Made by a program: the position numbers and the translations under genes
Part shown: positions 48,449 through 58,521 of the stretch, one piece after another
Layout: each line of letters starts with the position of its first letter
Numbering within the stretch: position 1 is the stretch's first letter
The notes under the pieces: model-generated
Told to the model about the DNA's origin: nothing
The model's input: the letters and a program-made list of their open reading frames with translations, nothing else
Database searches by the model: none
DNA from: Candidatus Heimdallarchaeota archaeon
Lineage (GTDB): Archaea > Asgardarchaeota > Heimdallarchaeia > Heimdallarchaeales > Heimdallarchaeaceae
Assembly: GCA_019057815.1 (NCBI GenBank)
Contig: JAHLWR010000005.1
Location: forward strand, 1 to 64,000
Reading direction: 5' to 3'
DNA length: 64,000 nucleotides

Positions 48449-49846
48449 ATGAAAAAACTCGAAAAATTGTTTGGCACAGCAGGAATACGTGGCTTATTTG
48501 GAGAGAAAGTGACAGCTGATTTAATTATACAACTTAGCCAATCAATAGCAGAACTGCATCCAGAGAGTGGTATGCTTGTTGGTCATGATGCAAGAACATC
48601 GTCAGAAGTTCTAGCTCAGTATGCTTATGCATCACTTGCTATTGTAGGAAAGAGCGTTTTTCAAGTAGGACTGTGTTCTTTTCCCGTCATAGCTAACCTT
48701 ACAACAACTTCAAAACATGAGATTGCAATTTATATTACTGCTTCACATAATTTACCTGAATATAATGGGGTAAAAGTCTTGCAAAATGGGAGAGAGTTTA
48801 CTAAGGAAGAGCAAGATAAACTAGAAGAAGCGATTCGCACAAAATTAGATGCTAAAACTGCAATTATTCATAAAGAATGGCAAGGAATAGTTCCACAGCA
48901 GAAAATATATGACGCAGACAGACGATACATTAGGAGGTTAAAAAACTATCTTCAGTTTGAAGGAGATGGTAGAACAATAATTATAGATCCAGCTAATGGT
49001 CCTATGGGTTTACTCTCTCCTATATTATTCAGTGAACTAGGGTTTAGAGTTATATCCATAAATTCTCATGTAGATGGTTCCTTTCCAGGGCGACCAGGAG
49101 AACCTATTAAAGAAAACCTTCAACAACTCATAGGTTTATGCAAGTTAGAAAATGCTATAGGTATTGCACATGATGGAGATGGAGACCGCGTCAGCATTAT
49201 TGACGAAACTGGTTCCTTTATTGAACTCTCAAGAATTAACGCTTTGCTAGCCAAGTTTGCTGTTGAAGAAGAGGGAGAAGGAAATATCATACTAAGCATT
49301 GATTCTTCGACTTGTATTGATAATATTGTGAAATTAACAAATTCAAAAGTTATTCGTACTAATCTGGGTGAACTTCATGGGAAAGCTTCAGCAATGATTG
49401 CTAAAGGCGAAAAAGTCATTTTTGCTGCTGAACCTTGGAAACCCATTAATCCTAAATGGGGACTCTGGATAGACGGGCTGTATAGTGTAACAAAAATAAT
49501 AAAGTTCGTGACATTACATAGAACAACCATAGTCGAAGTAATGAAAACAATCCCAAATCCGATTTCAGAAAGAAAATCATACTTAATAAATGAAATAGAA
49601 GTTGACGAGATATATAAGAAATGCAAGAGAAAGCTTGAAGAATTATTAAGAGAGGAAAAAAAGGAAAAACTAACAATCGATGGACTCAGATATGATATGG
49701 TAGATGGGACGTGGATACTTGTTAGGAAATCTGGAACTGAACCAAAAATTCGACTATATTACGAATCTCTTACAATGAAAAGATTTGATTGGATAAAAGC
49801 AATAATAGAAGAGATTGAAAAAGAAGTTTTATTAGGAAAAGAGTAG
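48449..49846 (+). CDS. Alpha-D-phosphohexomutase superfamily enzyme, probable phosphopentomutase
   Basis: FGTAGIRG, TASHN, HDGDGDR, AAEPWK sugar-binding loop variant, RKSGTEP. Confidence 0.8.
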   Translation: MKKLEKLFGTAGIRGLFGEKVTADLIIQLSQSIAELHPESGMLVGHDARTSSEVLAQYAYASLAIVGKSVFQVGLCSFPVIANLTTTSKHEIAIYITASHNLPEYNGVKVLQNGREFTKEEQDKLEEAIRTKLDAKTAIIHKEWQGIVPQQKIYDADRRYIRRLKNYLQFEGDGRTIIIDPANGPMGLLSPILFSELGFRVISINSHVDGSFPGRPGEPIKENLQQLIGLCKLENAIGIAHDGDGDRVSIIDETGSFIELSRINALLAKFAVEEEGEGNIILSIDSSTCIDNIVKLTNSKVIRTNLGELHGKASAMIAKGEKVIFAAEPWKPINPKWGLWIDGLYSVTKIIKFVTLHRTTIVEVMKTIPNPISERKSYLINEIEVDEIYKKCKRKLEELLREEKKEKLTIDGLRYDMVDGTWILVRKSGTEPKIRLYYESLTMKRFDWIKAIIEEIEKEVLLGKE

Positions 49847-49852
49847 ATTAGA

Positions 49853-50230
49853 ATGGTTTCAAATGTAATCAAGGAAGAATGGAAAATAGCAAATGAAAGA
49901 ATTCGTATGACACTAGTTATTCTTATATTTTGGGTTGTTTTGACAATACTTGGTATATCGGGTGCTATAAACCTAACCACGAATTATAACTACTTTTTAG
50001 TATATGCAATAATGTCACCATCAGCTATAGTCATCTTACTTCTCGGTATGGGAATACAAATTGAACCGCTCTTAAAAGTGATAATCAAGGGAAGAAAAAC
50101 AAAGGAAAATGTATGGTCACTGGAAGAAAAACTTCAGCCTAGTATTGAAAAAAGAACAAAAAGAAGCGAAATGTTTCAACTATTAGCCATCTTATTACTA
50201 CTAATTTCGCTAATTTTTGTTTCTATTTAA
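49853..50230 (+). CDS. Hypothetical membrane protein (3 TM)
   Basis: Hydrophobic segments; co-oriented with the upstream mutase gene. Confidence 0.7.
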   Translation: MVSNVIKEEWKIANERIRMTLVILIFWVVLTILGISGAINLTTNYNYFLVYAIMSPSAIVILLLGMGIQIEPLLKVIIKGRKTKENVWSLEEKLQPSIEKRTKRSEMFQLLAILLLLISLIFVSI

Positions 50231-50241
50231 CTAAGTTGGTT

Positions 50242-51228
50242 TTAACTTTCTCTATCAAGTTTTTTCTCAAATTTTGAAAGAGATTGGGGTATATCATCCT
50301 CTTTCAGTACTTTTGTAAACTCTAATGCAATTAGACCCATCAATCGTTCTCTATTTGATTCATCAGTTTTCATAAAAATGAAGCGCCCATTAGGAATTTG
50401 TTTTGCAATTTTAGGATACTCTGTTTGATTGTGGATTCTGTCTATAGTTCCATTAAGGACGAAAACCTCCTCTTTAATCCTATGCAAATTTCCATAGAGT
50501 TCAAAATCCTTTACTTCTTCCGCTCCTTTTTTCCATTTCCATGGAACTGCATTGTCTATAAAGGCGATGGTACGTTGCTTCTGAACTTTTTCTTTCATTC
50601 CAAAAGTTACTATTCTTTTTATTATTGGTCTTAACAAATTAGCAATAAAAATTGGTAGTATTGGGGAAACATAGCGTAGTATCCATTTTGGAAACCACAA
50701 AGTGTGCATAGGATCTGTTGCTAGAATCGTAGGAGCTGTTAGTATACCTTCGATAAGCCCGTGAAGAATAATGGATGAACCCCAACAAGTTCCGTGAAGA
50801 ACAAAGTCGCTATCGCTTAACTTCAAGTAATTAATTGCATCCTGAACATCCTTTGCTTTCTGACTCATGTCCATTCTGGCTTTTGTTTTATCTAAGATGC
50901 TACTACCTTTCTCTCTTGTTTCTATAAAGTAACATTCAACCTTATCGTGTATTGGTTCGTAGAAATCCTCATAAGCATGAGGTATTCCTCCCCAACCAGG
51001 GATTAATACCAAAGGTCTTTTGGAAACAGGCTTTATTGGTTTAATATGGAAAACCCTAATTTGACCATCATCAACAGGGATGTAGAAGTTGTTACTAACC
51101 TCATCACTCCAAAAATCAGGAGTTTTTATTCTTGTTGCATCAAGCATTTTAGCTACTTCTGCTTCATTTTCTTTTGTCGAGGTTATTTCTGGAGGTGTTG
51201 ACGAATCATCAACTAGTTTCTTTGGCAT
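50242..51228 (-). CDS. Alpha/beta-fold hydrolase with Cys at the nucleophile elbow
   Basis: LVLIPGWGG, ETREKGSS, LHGTCWGS, DRIH. Confidence 0.8.
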   Translation of the reverse strand: MPKKLVDDSSTPPEITSTKENEAEVAKMLDATRIKTPDFWSDEVSNNFYIPVDDGQIRVFHIKPIKPVSKRPLVLIPGWGGIPHAYEDFYEPIHDKVECYFIETREKGSSILDKTKARMDMSQKAKDVQDAINYLKLSDSDFVLHGTCWGSSIILHGLIEGILTAPTILATDPMHTLWFPKWILRYVSPILPIFIANLLRPIIKRIVTFGMKEKVQKQRTIAFIDNAVPWKWKKGAEEVKDFELYGNLHRIKEEVFVLNGTIDRIHNQTEYPKIAKQIPNGRFIFMKTDESNRERLMGLIALEFTKVLKEDDIPQSLSKFEKKLDRES

Positions 51229-51796
51229 AGTTTACATTTAATTTAGTAGGTTTTAATTTTTCTCGTTGAAGTAATTAGACCCCCGTGTTGAATGGTGTTC
51301 TTTTGACAACTATCTACTGGATTCCAGTCGAAATATTGGTGTTGTAAATGCTACAGAGGTTATTGAAAGTAATCTACACCTCATTAGAAGAAATCAAAGT
51401 TATTAATCAGTTGTGAAGAGAAATCAAACAGTTAAACTAACATTAATAATCAGATTTCGTTCCTATTGTAGGGAGCAAAATAAACTTCCAAAACAGCTAA
51501 TTAATTGAAATAATATCTTATTAGAAGGGTGTTTGAAGGACAAAGCAACCTTGTTGTTTAGGTCACTTTCTGGGGAAGGGTCCTTACCACAAAGTAAATC
51601 TTACATCGGCTGAATCCTTGTTCTATGCAAATTTTCTCTGCTTATTTTTTAGTACTCATAATTTTCTACTTAGACTCAAGTAATTACTTTTGTTTTAAAG
51701 TAGGTAAAATTAACAAATTATTTCCTAAAAGGACAAGAAACAGATAATGGTTTTGTGGTGTTTATATATAATTAAATAGAGAAAGAAGTGAGGAAA

Positions 51797-51967
51797 ATGA
51801 AAGTTCTACAATATATAAGAATGCTAAAATACAGAAAAAGAGGTTCTCCCATTCTAGAGGAGATTTTACTTATAGGCATTGCTGTTCTGATTTTCGTAAT
51901 TATCTTTGGTATAGTGGCTAGTTTGCTCGATTGGACAGAATCGGGTATAAAGGACTTCTTTTCATAG
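51797..51967 (+). CDS. Flp-like type IV pilin with class III signal peptide (56 aa)
   Basis: MKVLQYIRMLKYRKRG|SPILEEILLIGIAVLIFVIIFGIVASLLDWTESGIKDFFS; G(-1), E(+5), hydrophobic helix; GTGAGG upstream; below ORF-track size cutoff. Confidence 0.82.
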   Translation: MKVLQYIRMLKYRKRGSPILEEILLIGIAVLIFVIIFGIVASLLDWTESGIKDFFS

Positions 51968-52142
51968 AACTCGTTTAAAAACTTACTATAAATCATTTTC
52001 TTGGTGTTTTATGTGATTCTTTAGGATTATTTTTGAAGATCAACATTTCTCGTTGGGGGAAGTTATCTTCCCTTTTAGTGAAAAAATGTGGTTGCTCAAA
52101 CATTTACACAACAATATTTTTTAACGTTCCTTAAGAATTGAC

Positions 52143-53093
52143 TTGATGTCATTTGGTGTAGGGGTCATTTTATCTTTTACCGCTGCGATTGCTTGGGGTT
52201 CCTCTATGGTTATTTTTAAAGTGGGGATAAAAAATACTGACCCTTTAGTAGCAACATACATCAAAGGAATTGTTGCAGTACCTGTTTTGATATTATTAAG
52301 CTGGATCTTATTTGGTGTTGAATCCTTCGCACTACTTTTTACTTATCCTAATTCTTTATGGCTTCTTTTAGCGACTGTTAGTATAGCCTTTGGGGATTTT
52401 TTCTCACTTTTTGCTCTTAAGAAAATTAATGTTTCAATTGCGCAACCCATCTCTGCAGTTTACCCGTTCTTCACAACGCTTATTCTGTTAATAGCTAAAA
52501 TAGAAGAAATCACTTGGATAATAATTACAGGAACACTCGTAATTATCTTTGGTGTATCTATTATTTCATATTTCACTCAAAAAACAAGTAATCAAGAAGC
52601 AAAAAGGGAACATGATAAAAACAACGGAAAAAATACAATTTATGGAATCATACTATCTGTACTCGCAGCTACTTTTTGGGGATTAACAATTGTATTCACA
52701 AAGTTGATCTTGAATAGCGAAAGCGTCGAAGTCATATCGATGATGGGAATAAGGAATGGTTTAATGGTAGTGATTGCTTTCATACTCGTACTAATTCGTG
52801 CTACTATTAGAAGAGATAATTTCATGAAAAACATCTTTACTCAAAAGAAAGAAGCGTTTATTTTAATGGGAGGAGGAGCTATTGCGTGGTGCATAGGAGG
52901 TGTTTCATTTTTTACAGCTGTCACAATAATAGGAGCGGGAATCAGCACGCCGTTATCATCAATTTCACCGTTCATAGTCACAATTCTGAGTTTGGTTTTT
53001 CTTAAAGAGAAAATCACAAGAAAACAAATACTGGGCATAATTATCATTGTTGTGGGATCTATACTTCTCTCGTTGAATGAAAATTTTGGCTAA
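52143..53093 (+). CDS. DMT/EamA family transporter
   Basis: Two 5-TM repeats, AIAWG, FLKEKITRKQILG. Confidence 0.92.
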   Translation: MMSFGVGVILSFTAAIAWGSSMVIFKVGIKNTDPLVATYIKGIVAVPVLILLSWILFGVESFALLFTYPNSLWLLLATVSIAFGDFFSLFALKKINVSIAQPISAVYPFFTTLILLIAKIEEITWIIITGTLVIIFGVSIISYFTQKTSNQEAKREHDKNNGKNTIYGIILSVLAATFWGLTIVFTKLILNSESVEVISMMGIRNGLMVVIAFILVLIRATIRRDNFMKNIFTQKKEAFILMGGGAIAWCIGGVSFFTAVTIIGAGISTPLSSISPFIVTILSLVFLKEKITRKQILGIIIIVVGSILLSLNENFG

Positions 53094-53222
53094 AGATTTC
53101 TTCGCACAATTAAAATCATTGTAAGCGCCTTTTCATAAGATAATTCAAAAATAAAATATTAAAAACAGACAAAACAAAAGTCATAAAACAGCTTACTTGA
53201 ATACAAACGAGGAGGTTAAATT

Positions 53223-53696
53223 ATGACAAAAGCAATAATTGAAACCAATAAAGGCATAATTAAAATCGAATTCTTTGATGAACATACACCCAATACAGTG
53301 AAGAATTTTACATCATTGGTGAGTTCTGGTTTTTATAATGGAGTAAGCTTTCATCGCGTAATTCCGGATTTTATGATACAAGGAGGAGATCCAGAAGGTT
53401 CTGGGCGAGGTGGTCCAAGATATAAAATTGCAGATGAAGTTGACAATCCTGTTCAAAAACATGTTAATGGAGCATTAAGTATGGCAAATTCAGGACCAAA
53501 TACAAATGGTTCGCAATTCTTTATTGTATTAAATTCAAATAGTTGTAAACACTTGGATAGGAAGCATACAGTTTTTGGGAAAACAATTGAAGGGATGGAT
53601 ACGGTAAAGAAAATAGTTCAAGGAGATAAAATACTCAAAGTAACAATAGAAGAGGAATCAAATCTTATCAAAAATCATACTCTACAAAAACTGTAA
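53223..53696 (+). CDS. Cyclophilin-type peptidyl-prolyl isomerase
   Basis: FHRVIPDFMIQGGDP, SMANSGPNTNGSQFFI, HLDRKHTVFG. Confidence 0.96.
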   Translation: MTKAIIETNKGIIKIEFFDEHTPNTVKNFTSLVSSGFYNGVSFHRVIPDFMIQGGDPEGSGRGGPRYKIADEVDNPVQKHVNGALSMANSGPNTNGSQFFIVLNSNSCKHLDRKHTVFGKTIEGMDTVKKIVQGDKILKVTIEEESNLIKNHTLQKL

Positions 53697-53699
53697 AGA

Positions 53700-54995
53700 T
53701 TAGTACCTTAATTGTAATGGCTTCAAATTTATCTTAGAGATTTTATTCTCAAGATACATTTTTAGTTCTTTTTTCACTTTCCTTCTTAAACTACCAAGTG
53801 TTATATTCTGTTTAGTTTGTTCATAATAATCGAGAATCTTTTCTTTAGACTCTTTCTGAAGGATAAGCACTCTGGAAATATTCCATGATGCTACTACATT
53901 AGATGGATTATACTTCAAGGAAAGAGAGAAGTGTTTTCTAGCTTTTTCAAAATCGGCATTAGAAAAAGCTTTGAGTCCTTGATTAGCTAACCGTAAAGAT
54001 TCTAAGACAATAACTTCTGGACTAAAGAAAGGTCTTAATTCGGGTTTTAAGCTCTTAAAGTAAGAGAACTCTGTCTCATCAAATTCATTCTCTAGAAGAT
54101 TGCGCGTGATTTTTTCATTCCAATGAGAATAAAATTCTAGTAATGATAGATTGAAATCATTAGTACTTTTTTTCCAGTTTACCCAATTTGAGAAGAAGAG
54201 AGAAGTAGCATTAATAGTAATTAAGTAGTCTAGAATATTTACTGAAATCCTTTCAGTAATACTGCTAGGAAGAAGACTTACGTATATTTTTGCAAGTTTT
54301 GGGTGGATAATTGAAAAACATGCAGTTAATAAAGTAATATCACTTATATTCATAGATCCCCTCTTTAGCAAAAAAGCCTCCAAGGGCTTACAACAATTAT
54401 TCTCAACGGATTCAAGGAATTCAGTATCACATTCTTCAAACTCTTTCAAAACCATCCATCGAAAAGATGTAATTAAATTCAACTTATTTTGCGAAACATC
54501 TTGAGGTTTCATCGCTTCTATTCTAAAACTCTTTTCATCATAATAACTAGTTTGTCTTTTCCTTCTTATTTTTTTAAAACCTGTAGAATGAAGCCTGTTT
54601 TTAAGAAATGTGGAAGTTAATCCTATTTTATGCACATTACCAGGTACGTCAACTCCAAAAAGGAATCTTAGAGTGCTAACTTTTCTCTTGGAGGATTGGA
54701 AAGGCAGTCCTATTACTAATCGAAATAGTGCAGGAGATTCGATTGAAAGTTCACCACCCGGTTCTAATACTCGAAACATTTCTGCTAAAAGGAAGGGTAG
54801 TTGAGTAACATCAAAGTGTTCTACAATGTGTGATGCTTCTATTACACTTATACTATTATCCTCATAAGGTAAAGACAGAATGTCAACTTCTTTATCTGCG
54901 ATTCCTGATTCAAATTTATCTATGTTTTCATAACCAGGTTTGTAAAAAATCCCACACCCTAAATTCAATTTAATAACACAATCATCACTTCTCAA
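53700..54995 (-). CDS. Class I SAM-dependent methyltransferase-like domain plus C-terminal TPR
   Basis: LNLGCG, ENID, SHIVEH, RVLEPGG; TPR-like GLKAFSNADFEKARKHFSLSLKYNP. Confidence 0.75.
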   Translation of the reverse strand: MRSDDCVIKLNLGCGIFYKPGYENIDKFESGIADKEVDILSLPYEDNSISVIEASHIVEHFDVTQLPFLLAEMFRVLEPGGELSIESPALFRLVIGLPFQSSKRKVSTLRFLFGVDVPGNVHKIGLTSTFLKNRLHSTGFKKIRRKRQTSYYDEKSFRIEAMKPQDVSQNKLNLITSFRWMVLKEFEECDTEFLESVENNCCKPLEAFLLKRGSMNISDITLLTACFSIIHPKLAKIYVSLLPSSITERISVNILDYLITINATSLFFSNWVNWKKSTNDFNLSLLEFYSHWNEKITRNLLENEFDETEFSYFKSLKPELRPFFSPEVIVLESLRLANQGLKAFSNADFEKARKHFSLSLKYNPSNVVASWNISRVLILQKESKEKILDYYEQTKQNITLGSLRRKVKKELKMYLENKISKINLKPLQLRY

Positions 54996-56056
54996 TGCTT
55001 TATCTTCTCCTTTATTCGTTCTTTTTTTGGTGGTTTTATGTCAAATTTCTCTTCTTCGATTCTTCTCATACAATATGGTGTATTATGTAATTGACCAGTA
55101 AAATGTAGTGAAACTGAGTTACATCCCCCTTTACAATCCAAACCATAGAAACAGTCTTTACAATTTTCTCCTAATTGACTTTGATCAAATGAACGATTAT
55201 ATGCAAAAGAATTAGAATCTTCCCAGATATCTACAAAACTCCTTTCTCTTACATTACCTTCAATATACTGATTATTACCCATTGAAAGACAACCTACTAT
55301 TGAACCATCAGACGTTATACCAATAGAGGAAATACCAGCAGTGCAACCTTTCCATTTCTTACTCTTTGGAAGCAGATGAGAATGATATCCATAACAATGA
55401 GCACCTACAACAGGCATATCATTGAACTTGTTCTTGACATTTTCTGAAACAATAAACATGGCTGAAGCATAATACTCTTCAACATCAATAGCCAACGAAC
55501 GATCGAAATTACCAAAAGGTTCTGCAATTTGTATTTGCCAATTAACTTCTCGCTTTTTCAAAAGAGATCTAAGTTTTAAAAGATCTGAGAAATTGGTTTT
55601 GCTTATTGTTGTAATAACAGTAACTTGAATATTTTCCTTGAGAAGCATATCAATAGCTTCTAAAGCTACTTTAAAACTTCCATCTCTTCTTATCGAATCA
55701 TGTGTTTTTTCAATCCCATCTAACGATATCCCTACAACAGTTGGCTCTAGACGGGAAAGTTTGTCTACTATATTGGGAACTAACAAACCATTAGATACAA
55801 ACGCAAGATTCATACCCAAATCTTTTACACACCAAGAAATATCATGCCAATCTGGATGAACAAATGGTTCACCACCCATTAAACTAACCATATCACAATT
55901 CGCTTGAGCTAGTTCCTCACAAAGACTGAAACATTCTTGAGTAGACAACTCATTAAGTCTTGAACTACCTGCACTTGAACCACAGTGTTTACATCGCATA
56001 TTACAAGCTAAAGTTAGTTCCCAAACTGCGCACCCTAGTTTTCTCATTAATTTCAC
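54992..56056 (-). CDS. Radical SAM/SPASM domain protein
   Basis: CNMRCKHC, MGGEP, SLDG, SPASM Cys cluster (GCTAG...GC...CKDC...CKGGC...C). Confidence 0.93.
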   Translation of the reverse strand: MKLMRKLGCAVWELTLACNMRCKHCGSSAGSSRLNELSTQECFSLCEELAQANCDMVSLMGGEPFVHPDWHDISWCVKDLGMNLAFVSNGLLVPNIVDKLSRLEPTVVGISLDGIEKTHDSIRRDGSFKVALEAIDMLLKENIQVTVITTISKTNFSDLLKLRSLLKKREVNWQIQIAEPFGNFDRSLAIDVEEYYASAMFIVSENVKNKFNDMPVVGAHCYGYHSHLLPKSKKWKGCTAGISSIGITSDGSIVGCLSMGNNQYIEGNVRERSFVDIWEDSNSFAYNRSFDQSQLGENCKDCFYGLDCKGGCNSVSLHFTGQLHNTPYCMRRIEEEKFDIKPPKKERIKEKIKH

Positions 56057-56328
56057 TTAATCAATGCTAATTAAATATAATTACTTCGCTGAAGGATTAG
56101 GTTGAAAATTTATAAGTATTATTCTTAAATAGATAGGGATTCGTATATATCAATAGAATATTGCATTTATTACACTATCACCCTCTATCCACAAGTTTCG
56201 TTGGTACGGGAACATCACACTGTTTATTAAAAATTTAGAGGAAGAATGTAAATGGAATTAATTAACTAATTTCATTTCTTATTAAAAGATAATTAAAAGA
56301 TTTTTTGCTGAGTAACATAAAAACTCAA

Positions 56329-56865
56329 CTATTCTTTGGTATAAACGCCATATTCTACAGCTTGCCCAAGTTCCATCAATTCTTCAAAGACAGATGTCCC
56401 GCCAGTTAATTTATGCAATGAAGCAAAAAGCAGAGCTGAAAAAATCAGACCAAATATAGAAATAAGAGAATAAATCAAATAATGTTTTCTTTTAAATTCA
56501 GTTCGTCTTGAAGAGAGGAAGACAGCACTTGGAACAAACTGAATAAGGTAGTTAATAGGGTTAGCAAGAACAAAGACCATATCTTTTGCAAAACTATAAG
56601 GATAGGTTGGATGTCCCCAATCGTAAGCAAAACTGCCATGTGTCAAGAATTTGGGAATATGATAAACACTAGCAAGTCCTCCAAACATAAGATAAGTAAT
56701 GAAATTAGTAAAAATAAAAAAAATCTGAGTAAAGAACTGAATTAATACAAATAAACGGGGAGAGGACATATTTCTAATCTTCTTGAATTTTCTGACAGAG
56801 TCATAATCCACACCAAGTTTCTTTGTAACATCATTGAGTTTCTTCTCGTTGATAAGAATCACCAT
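56329..56865 (-). CDS. Hypothetical membrane protein
   Basis: 178-aa ORF with about 3 TM segments. Confidence 0.65.
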   Translation of the reverse strand: MVILINEKKLNDVTKKLGVDYDSVRKFKKIRNMSSPRLFVLIQFFTQIFFIFTNFITYLMFGGLASVYHIPKFLTHGSFAYDWGHPTYPYSFAKDMVFVLANPINYLIQFVPSAVFLSSRRTEFKRKHYLIYSLISIFGLIFSALLFASLHKLTGGTSVFEELMELGQAVEYGVYTKE

Positions 56866-57066
56866 TTACAAATAATTTTCTTGTTATATATTAGTCAGAA
56901 GAATTAATAAAATTTTCTCATAAAAATACATTATACTCTATTTAAGCTTATATTTTAATTTCTTGTTTAACTAATTAATCCTACAAATCACAAAACAACA
57001 GAAAAAGGAAGAATTACTCGAATTAGAAATAAAAGAAAGCACTTCAAATATAAAAAAGGTTTTTTT

Positions 57067-57221
57067 TGGTGGCTTGGGGGGGTATTTCGCCCTTTTCTTC
57101 ACGAGCAATAGAGTTTCGATCCCCCGACCTCAGGATTTCTCATCCTGAGATTTTACTGGCATTCTAGCCCTTTGTTACAAGATTATGAGTCCTGCGCTCT
57201 AGCCAGCTGAGCTACCAAGCC
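57067..57221 (-). tRNA. tRNA with CAU anticodon (probably elongator Met) with two introns (37/38: 57137-57183; T-loop 59/60: 57084-57114)
   Basis: GGCTTGG/CCAAGCC+ACCA; CAGGA-CTCATA[intron]A-TCCTG with BHB helix CTCA/TGAG; GGGGG-ATCGAA[intron]A-CCCCC. Confidence 0.87.
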
Positions 57222-57239
57222 ATGTTTTATTTTAGTAAC

Positions 57240-57779
57240 TTATTTCTTTCTAAGGTACTCTTTTACTAAATCCTCACCTTTTCCTATCTTATAACTACAA
57301 GGAGTGGGGAATCTATCTGATGCTCTTTTTAGTGCATCCAACGCCTCATGATATTTCTCTGGATGGATTCTTACTGTTATCAGTTCTTGACCAACTTTTA
57401 CTCTTGCTGCTCTATCTGTTGACTTTCCGAAAGATCTTCTCATTCCATCCTGTATTCTATCAGCTCCAGCTACTGCCATCATTTTATTTTCTCTCAAAAT
57501 GTGGTGAGGATGGATTCTTATTGTCATATGGTAATATTCTGTTCCTATATTTCTTTGCAATTGCCTATTAACAGCTATTCTTGAGGCTTCTAAAGCAGTG
57601 TGCCTTATTTGACATCTTTCCTTTGCCACTAGATGAACATGAACTGGAAAATCACCTTGCCTATTTCCAGCATCATAAGAACGTATTCTTGAGTCAGGAA
57701 CACCTCTCACGAACTTACCTACTCTTGTATTTGCTGGACCTCTTACATGAGTATAACATCTTGCAGGTCTTTTACCCAT
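57240..57779 (-). CDS. rpl10e: 50S ribosomal protein uL16 (L10e)
   Basis: RPARCY, ALEASR, HPHHILRENKM, GADRIQDGMR. Confidence 0.97.
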   Translation of the reverse strand: MGKRPARCYTHVRGPANTRVGKFVRGVPDSRIRSYDAGNRQGDFPVHVHLVAKERCQIRHTALEASRIAVNRQLQRNIGTEYYHMTIRIHPHHILRENKMMAVAGADRIQDGMRRSFGKSTDRAARVKVGQELITVRIHPEKYHEALDALKRASDRFPTPCSYKIGKGEDLVKEYLRKK

Positions 57780-57792
57780 TTTTCTCACCTTA

Positions 57793-58362
57793 TTACCGTG
57801 CAGATAGAGCTATGCGCTCGATTTCTCTTCTCTTCTTAACTGCAACACTTGCTGCATCATTGTTTGCAGCAAGAATCAATTCGTCCGCTACTATCTCTTC
57901 AGCACTTTTTATATTGTTGAAACTTTTTTGATAAATAGCAGCTGTTATGTATCGTAATGCGAGATCAACTCTTCTAAGAGGGGAAATATCCACTGATTGA
58001 TGTGTTGCAACTCCTCCATAGCTTATACGAGTTGTTTCCTCTCGTGGAGCAACATTACAAATCGCATCAACTAAAGCTTGTACTGGACTTTTTCCCGTCC
58101 TTAAATTAATTATCTCAAATGCTACTTTTATAATGTTTATTGCTCTTTGTTTCTTTCCGGCATTCTTTCCTTTTCTCATTAGTTTGTTTACAAACCTTTC
58201 AACTATGTTCATTTCTGCTTTCTTGAATCGTTGATCTTGATATCTACCGCTTGAATGAGGTAGATACACAGGCTTGAGAGAGATATATCTTCTTAGACCA
58301 GGATCATTTACTTCAACTTCTTCGAAATCCCATTTGCCGAAAAGCTGAATTTCTTCGCTCAT
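57793..58362 (-). CDS. rps7: 30S ribosomal protein uS7
   Basis: [32 protein letters not shown]. Confidence 0.97.
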   Translation of the reverse strand: MSEEIQLFGKWDFEEVEVNDPGLRRYISLKPVYLPHSSGRYQDQRFKKAEMNIVERFVNKLMRKGKNAGKKQRAINIIKVAFEIINLRTGKSPVQALVDAICNVAPREETTRISYGGVATHQSVDISPLRRVDLALRYITAAIYQKSFNNIKSAEEIVADELILAANNDAASVAVKKRREIERIALSAR

Positions 58363-58521
58363 TTTAGAATCCTCTTTCAACTAATTTAGGCAAGGCATGT
58401 TTAGTTTAAAAATCTGATGTTGAAAGACAGAATGATATAAAACTAGTACGACGTTTAATTCTATTAGTTAAAAATGTTGAATATCAAGAAAAAAAGAAGA
58501 AGATTTGCTTCTTTCATAACT

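Noticed and set aside
51229-51790. RNase P or other structured ncRNA in the long spacer (GACCCTT/GGGGGTC complementarity on the minus strand; GGAGCAA on the plus strand)
   Set aside because: The region is AT-rich, lacks the bulged U of P4 and has no convincing helices; more likely decayed or regulatory DNA. An Infernal/Rfam scan would settle it
56057-56328. RiPP precursor upstream of the radical SAM gene
   Set aside because: Only very short ORFs without an RBS or a Cys/repeat-rich core
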